This document shows positions 57,579 through 64,000 of a stretch of DNA of 64,000 bases, one piece after another (within the stretch, counting starts at the first letter, position 1; each line of letters starts with the position of its first letter). A program made the translations under genes and the position numbers. Below the pieces are notes generated by a model. That model did not search any database and was not told where the DNA came from. It saw only the letters and a program-made list of their open reading frames with translations. The DNA is from Vicinamibacteria bacterium (GTDB lineage Bacteria; Acidobacteriota; Vicinamibacteria; Marinacidobacterales; Marinacidobacteraceae): NCBI GenBank assembly GCA_964291235.2, contig OZ219815.1:672001-736000 (forward strand), given 5' to 3'.

Positions 57579-59144
57579 TCAGAGCGGAATGTTGCCGTGC
57601 TTTTTTGGAGGGTTCCGGTCCCGCTTGGTGGAGAGGGAAGAGAGGGCGGACACGAGCTTTCGGCGTGTGTGGCGCGGGAGGATCACCTCGTCGACATAAC
57701 CTCGCTGCGCCGCCACGTAGGGGCTCGCAAACCGCTCCCGATAGGCTGCCACCCGCTCGGCGCGCTCCTGTTCGGCGTCCTCGGCCCGTTCGAGTTCTCG
57801 CCGATAGAGGATGTTCACCGCGCCTTCCGGTCCCATCACCGCGATTTCCGCGCCCGGCCACGCGTAGTTGAGATCGGTGCGGATGTGCTTGCTCGCCATG
57901 ACCACGTAGGCGCCCCCGTACGCCTTGCGGGTGATTACGGTGACCTTGGGAACGGTGGCTTCGGCGAAGGCATAGAGCAATTTCGCCCCGTGCCGGATGA
58001 TGCCTCCCCATTCCTGCTGGGTTCCGGGAAGAAAGCCCGGGACGTCTTCGAAGACGACGAGCGGAATGTTGAAGGCGTCGCAGAAGCGGACGAACCGGGC
58101 GCCCTTCACCGAAGCATGGATGTCCAGGACACCGGCCAGCACCGCGGGCTGGTTCGCCACGATGCCCACCGGCGATCCCCCGAGCCGGGCGAAACCGACC
58201 ACCAGATTCCCGGCGTGGAGCGCCTGGACTTCAAGGAACGCACCATCGTCCACCAGCTCGCCGATGAGGTCCTTGATGTCGTACGGCTGGTCCGGTTGGT
58301 CGGGCACCAGGCTGTCGAGTGAAGGAATCTCGCGGTCGGGCGGATCGGACGAGGGACGCCGCGGGGGTTCCTCCAGGTTGTTCGACGGCAGGAAGGAGAG
58401 CAACGTCCGGATCAGTTGGAGGCAGTCCTCATCGCTTTCCCCAAGGAAGTGCGCATTCCCCGACACCGTGTTGTGGGTTTCCGCGCCGCCCAGCTTCTCC
58501 ATCGTCACTTCTTCGTGGGTCACCGCCCGGATCACGTCGGGCCCGGTCACGAACATGTAGCTGGTTCCGCGCGACATGATCGTGAAATCGGTAATTGCCG
58601 GCGAGTACACGGCGCCGCCGGCACAGGGGCCCAAAATGGCCGAAATCTGGGGGACTACCCCGGACGCCAGGGTGTTTCGCAGGAAGATGTCGGCGTATCC
58701 GGCCAGCGAAACCACGCCTTCCTGAATGCGCGCCCCGCCGGAGTCGTTCAACCCGATGATGGGCGCCCCCTGCCGGACCGCCAGGTCCATCACCCGGCAG
58801 ATCTTCTCGGCGCAGGCCTCGCTGAGGGAACCGCCGAGCACGGTGAAGTCCTGGGCGAAAAGGTAGGCGAGGCGCCCGTCGATCCGCGCATACCCGGTCA
58901 CCACCCCGTCGCCGGGATGCCGCTGCTGGTCGAGGCCGAAATCGCTCGCGCGGTGTTCGACGAGTTTCCCCGTCTCTTCGAAGGAGCCGGCATCAGCGAG
59001 GGCGGCGATCCGCTCCCGAGCCGTCAGTCGGCCCGACCGCCGCTGGCGCTCCACTCTGGCGGCGCCTCCGCCTTCCTCCGCACGGCGGTTCCGCGCTTCG
59101 AGTTCGGCAAAGGCTGCGCGCCGCTCTCGCGAGTTGGCTGGCAC
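57579..59144 (-). CDS. pccB: Acyl-CoA (propionyl-CoA) carboxylase carboxyltransferase subunit
   Basis: [38 protein letters not shown]. Confidence 0.94.
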   Translation of the reverse strand: MPANSRERRAAFAELEARNRRAEEGGGAARVERQRRSGRLTARERIAALADAGSFEETGKLVEHRASDFGLDQQRHPGDGVVTGYARIDGRLAYLFAQDFTVLGGSLSEACAEKICRVMDLAVRQGAPIIGLNDSGGARIQEGVVSLAGYADIFLRNTLASGVVPQISAILGPCAGGAVYSPAITDFTIMSRGTSYMFVTGPDVIRAVTHEEVTMEKLGGAETHNTVSGNAHFLGESDEDCLQLIRTLLSFLPSNNLEEPPRRPSSDPPDREIPSLDSLVPDQPDQPYDIKDLIGELVDDGAFLEVQALHAGNLVVGFARLGGSPVGIVANQPAVLAGVLDIHASVKGARFVRFCDAFNIPLVVFEDVPGFLPGTQQEWGGIIRHGAKLLYAFAEATVPKVTVITRKAYGGAYVVMASKHIRTDLNYAWPGAEIAVMGPEGAVNILYRRELERAEDAEQERAERVAAYRERFASPYVAAQRGYVDEVILPRHTRRKLVSALSSLSTKRDRNPPKKHGNIPL

Positions 59145-59173
59145 CTCAGCCGTCGAGCCTCCGGCGCGCCGGG

Positions 59174-59821
59174 TCAGGTGACCCTGGCCTCAGCCCAGTC
59201 CTTCAGGAAGCGCTCGAGACCGATGTCCGTCAGCGGATGCTTGATGAGCAGATCCAGCACCTTGGCGGGCATGGTGGCGATGTCGGCGCCCAGCCGCGCC
59301 GATTCCACGACGTGCAGGGGATTGCGGATGCTCGCCACCAGAATCTGCGTGGAGTAGCCGTAGTTGTCGAAGACTTCCCGGATGTCCGCGATCAACTGCA
59401 TTCCGGGAGCCGCGATGTCATCCAACCTTCCGACGAAGGGACTGACGATGTAGGCGCCGGCCTTGGCGGCGAAAAGCGCCTGCGGCACGCTGAAGCAGAG
59501 GGTGACGTTGACGCGGATCTCCTCCTCCTTCAGCTCGCGGACCGCACGCAGGCCGTCGGGGGTCAGCGGACACTTGATGATGATGTTCGGGGCGATCGTC
59601 GCCAGCTCCCGGCCCTCGGCCACCATCCCGGCGGCATCGGTCGAGAGGACCTCCGCCGAAACGTCCCCCGGAACCAGCGCGGCGATCCGCGCCAGGATCT
59701 CGCGCGGATCTCCGGTTTCCTTCGCCATGAGCGACGGGTTCGTGGTGACGCCATCCACGAGACCCATCCCGGCGGCGCGCGAGATTTCGTCGAGGTTGGC
59801 AGTATCGAGAAATATCTGCAT
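59174..59821 (-). CDS. tal: Transaldolase (FSA/TalC type)
   Basis: [33 protein letters not shown]. Confidence 0.93.
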   Translation of the reverse strand: MQIFLDTANLDEISRAAGMGLVDGVTTNPSLMAKETGDPREILARIAALVPGDVSAEVLSTDAAGMVAEGRELATIAPNIIIKCPLTPDGLRAVRELKEEEIRVNVTLCFSVPQALFAAKAGAYIVSPFVGRLDDIAAPGMQLIADIREVFDNYGYSTQILVASIRNPLHVVESARLGADIATMPAKVLDLLIKHPLTDIGLERFLKDWAEARVT

Positions 59822-59894
59822 TCGTATCTGACAGGCCGGTATCCGGCCCGGAATCTGACCCCCAGTCCCGGTGCGATTCTACCGGTTCCGTCCC

Positions 59895-61760
59895 CTATCT
59901 CGGATTCACTCGGCGGCTGTCGGACGGGAAACTCTCGTTCGGTGGTTCGGCGCCGTCCACCGCGCTGACGGCGTAGCGATAGCGACCTCGGGGGTCGCGC
60001 TCGGCGTCGCTGAAAGTCGTCTGCCCGAGAGGTGATCTCGTGAGGCGCTCGAACCCGGTGCCGTCCGGGCCCGAGCGGTAAACGTGGTATCCGACGACAT
60101 CGGGGGTGGTTGACTCATTCCAACTGAGGTCGGTCTGTTCCGCCCGCCAGAAGAGTCGGAGATCCGAGGGCGGCAACGGCGGGAAAGTGTCCACCGGCGT
60201 GACGCACGCCTCTGCCGAAGTCGGTCCGACGCTGATCGCGCCGGCGCCGGCGCCGGGCACGCGAATCGGGATGGGACTCCAGGGCTCCTCTTCGGATGGC
60301 GCTTCCTCGACCGGGACGGGCGGCTCCTCGGCCGTGGGCGGCATTTCCTCGGTCGGGGCCAGCGATTCCTCGGCCAGGGCCGGCACCTCCTCGGCCACTT
60401 CTCCGGCCGGGGCCGGCATTTCCTCGGCCGGGGCCGGCATTTCCTCGGCTGGGGCCGGCGCTTCCTCCGCAGATTCGTCCGCAGCGTCCGCCGCTTCCGC
60501 GATCGCGGCGGCGGGCGGGCCATCCACCACCCCCGGCCCGGGGTCCGCGAGAACCCTTTCCTCGTCGCCCCCCGCCATGACGAGTCGAGCGCTGTAGCAA
60601 ACCTCTTCCCCCCAGATCACATCGGCGTCCGTCCGGTTCGGTCCGCGGGCTCGCCCCAGGAGTTCCGGTTCGGCGCCGCGTCTGCGGAAGACTTCGAACG
60701 TCGGATCAGACAGGAAGGGCGCTCCCTCCAGGAGGCCCCGGGGATCCTGCCACTGCACCGTCAACTCGCGAGGGCCGACTTCGACGCTGACCCCCTCCAC
60801 CGCCGGAATCGTGCCGGTGATGTCGAGCGACCGCGGTTCGCTTTCCTCGCTGGCGCCGCCGCGCGCCTCGTAGCGGACCCGTACTTCCAACCGGCGGCCG
60901 ATCCACTCCGGTTCCACCGGCAACTCGAGCATCCGCTCCTCTCCCACAACCTCCGATTCGATCTCGGACAGGAGTTCGAATTCGAGGTCTTCGTAGTCGA
61001 GAACCACTCCGGTCGGCTCGGGATCCGGTTCGGGCTCGTCGGCTTCCTCGCCGGGGGCCTCTTCGGCCTCGGGGTCTCCGCCCTCCGGATCTTCGGGAGT
61101 CTCCTGGTCCGCTTCGGGCTCCTGATCCGCCGGAGCCGGCTCTTCGGCCGGAAGAACTTCCGGCTCCGCTTCGTCGGCGATCTCTACCTCCGGCAGCGGC
61201 TCCCCAGCCGGTGCGTCTTCCCCTTCTGGTTCGACTGGCTCCGGCTCGGCCGGCTCCGGCTCGGCCAGGTCAGGCTCGGCTGGCTCCGGTTCGGCCAGGT
61301 CAGGCTCGGCTGGCTCCGGTTCGGCCAGGTCAGGCTCGGCTGGCTCCGGTTCTACGGGCACGGCCTCCGGCGGCGCGGATTCGCCGGCCTCGACCGGAGT
61401 GTCTTCGCCGACAGCCGTCTCCGTAGTCTCTTCCTCCTCCGGCCCGGCGCGTTGGGAGGCGCGCTCCTCGGCAGCCAACTCTCGGATGTCCACCAACCGG
61501 TAGGAAACGATCGCCCGCCGCAACCGCAAATCCTCGACATCCCCCCCGGACGAAAGCCGCGGCGCGTACCAATGAATCACGACCTGGCCGCCTTCCTGCC
61601 GCAGCGGCAGGAGCCGCGGCGCCTCGGGGTCCACCTGTTCCGGCGGCAGCGGGGGTCCGCGTCGCCCGCACCCCACCCCGCCGGCGGCGAGGGCCACCGC
61701 GAGCAACGCCATCGCGGTTCCGGTCAATGGACCGGACACACGAGTTGCAGCGGATTTCAT
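59895..61760 (-). CDS. Lipoprotein with Pro/Glu-rich linkers and FN3-like domains
   Basis: Lipobox GVGC followed by GRRGPPLPP; C-terminal DTFPP..P...W...GYHVYR...Y.Y.VSAVD FN3 pattern. Confidence 0.8.
   Translation of the reverse strand: MKSAATRVSGPLTGTAMALLAVALAAGGVGCGRRGPPLPPEQVDPEAPRLLPLRQEGGQVVIHWYAPRLSSGGDVEDLRLRRAIVSYRLVDIRELAAEERASQRAGPEEEETTETAVGEDTPVEAGESAPPEAVPVEPEPAEPDLAEPEPAEPDLAEPEPAEPDLAEPEPAEPEPVEPEGEDAPAGEPLPEVEIADEAEPEVLPAEEPAPADQEPEADQETPEDPEGGDPEAEEAPGEEADEPEPDPEPTGVVLDYEDLEFELLSEIESEVVGEERMLELPVEPEWIGRRLEVRVRYEARGGASEESEPRSLDITGTIPAVEGVSVEVGPRELTVQWQDPRGLLEGAPFLSDPTFEVFRRRGAEPELLGRARGPNRTDADVIWGEEVCYSARLVMAGGDEERVLADPGPGVVDGPPAAAIAEAADAADESAEEAPAPAEEMPAPAEEMPAPAGEVAEEVPALAEESLAPTEEMPPTAEEPPVPVEEAPSEEEPWSPIPIRVPGAGAGAISVGPTSAEACVTPVDTFPPLPPSDLRLFWRAEQTDLSWNESTTPDVVGYHVYRSGPDGTGFERLTRSPLGQTTFSDAERDPRGRYRYAVSAVDGAEPPNESFPSDSRRVNPR
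60404..60466. repeat. 21 bp coding tandem repeat (EEMPAPA)
   Basis: cggccggggccggcatttcct x2 plus one variant copy; degenerate copies extend to about 60300. Confidence 0.75.
61261..61350. repeat. 30 bp perfect coding tandem repeat x3 (EPEPAEPDLA)
   Basis: tcggccaggtcaggctcggctggctccggt repeated three times exactly. Confidence 0.95.
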
Positions 61761-61794
61761 CGAGCGCCGGCAATCCGCCGGGAATCGGAGATCT

Positions 61795-63216
<1,422 letters not shown>

Positions 63217-63240
63217 TGCGGGGAGATACTCGATCAGGAT

Positions 63241-63777
63241 TCAGACCTCTTCCAGGACCACGTGACCGTTCGTGTAGATACAGATCCCGTCGGTGACCCG
63301 CATCGCTTCCTCGGCGATCTCGCGCGCCGACAGTTCGGTTCTGGACGCCAGAGCTCTCGCCGCCGCCATGGCGAAAGGCGCACCGGCGCCGATCGCCATG
63401 ATGCCGTCATCGGGCTGCATGAGGTCACCGTCGCCCGACAGCAGGAACACATGGTCCTTGTTGGCAACGAGCAGGAGGGCGTCCAGATGGCGGAGCACCC
63501 GGTCCGTGCGCCAGTCCTGGGCGAGTTCCACACATGCCCGTTCCAGGTTTCCTCGATGCGCTTCGAGTTTCGTTTCGAATTTGGCGAACAGCGCCTGAGC
63601 GTCCGCGGTGGCTCCCGCGAAGCCTGCCAGCACCGCCCCTTCGCACATCCGGCGCAGCTTGCGCGCACCGTGCTTCACGACGATGTCCCCGAGGGTGACC
63701 TGCCCGTCGGCGGCCAGGGTGGTTTTCCCTTCGCGGCGCACGGCCAGAACGGTCGTGGAATGGAACGGGGACGACAC
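63241..63777 (-). CDS. hslV: ATP-dependent protease peptidase subunit HslV
   Basis: HSTTVL mature N-terminal Thr, DGQVT, GFAGATAD, ICIYTN; start uncertain (GTG 63777 or ATG 63813). Confidence 0.93.
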   Translation of the reverse strand: MSSPFHSTTVLAVRREGKTTLAADGQVTLGDIVVKHGARKLRRMCEGAVLAGFAGATADAQALFAKFETKLEAHRGNLERACVELAQDWRTDRVLRHLDALLLVANKDHVFLLSGDGDLMQPDDGIMAIGAGAPFAMAAARALASRTELSAREIAEEAMRVTDGICIYTNGHVVLEEV

Positions 63778-64000
63778 GGAATCTGATGCAGAGCCCCCGC
63801 GGGCCGGGACCATCGTGAAGCCGCGCTCAACCCGCCGATCGCAGGTAACCGCATGCGGTTTTACACACGGGGAGTCAGGCAGTATAGCGGGGGGCCCGGC
63901 CACTGTAATCCGTGAATGACAGCGGTCGAACGAGGCCCCCGCGACCGGAGCCGAGGGTTACGCTTGGCAGGTGAGGTTGCTCTTTTGGGTCGTCGTCGTC

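Noticed and set aside
61261-61350. 30 bp repeats as a possible CRISPR array
   Set aside because: Head-to-tail with no spacers, in frame within a CDS, no cas genes
63916-64000. Possible start of a divergent membrane protein gene (MRLLFWVVVV from 63971)
   Set aside because: Truncated by the window edge; frame and identity cannot be established

Overview
High-GC (roughly 68-70% by eye) bacterial chromosomal segment, densely coding. The gene content (acidobacterial-type VWA protein, TPR/FG-GAP/UnbV protein, split cytochrome b with multiheme cytochrome c) suggests Acidobacteriota, by inference only. Main blocks: (1) desaturase, D-aminoacylase, DsbA, peptidases, rpoZ, TlpA, NUDIX. (2) A ~11 kb minus-strand respiratory cluster: HEAT protein, Rieske, b6-type cytochrome b, subunit IV, 8-heme cytochrome c, CoxII/I/III/III/IV and a CxxC protein, with a cupredoxin-like lipoprotein nearby. 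(3) trpDCFBA plus a DAHP-synthase homolog with a degenerate active site, preceded by an unannotated Trp-rich leader peptide. (4) Three tandem Cys-paired secreted TPR paralogs. (5) ABC-F, an AhpD-like selenoprotein with in-frame UGA and SECIS, rnhA, PhzF, amidase, sigma-70. (6) hslVU, lipoprotein, transaldolase, acyl-CoA carboxylase, tamB, Omp85 and a SurA-like gene. Intergenic regions carry a ~185 bp inverted-repeat element (two full copies with compensatory changes, two end fragments) and other multi-hairpin elements. No rRNA, tRNA, CRISPR array or transposase was recognised.
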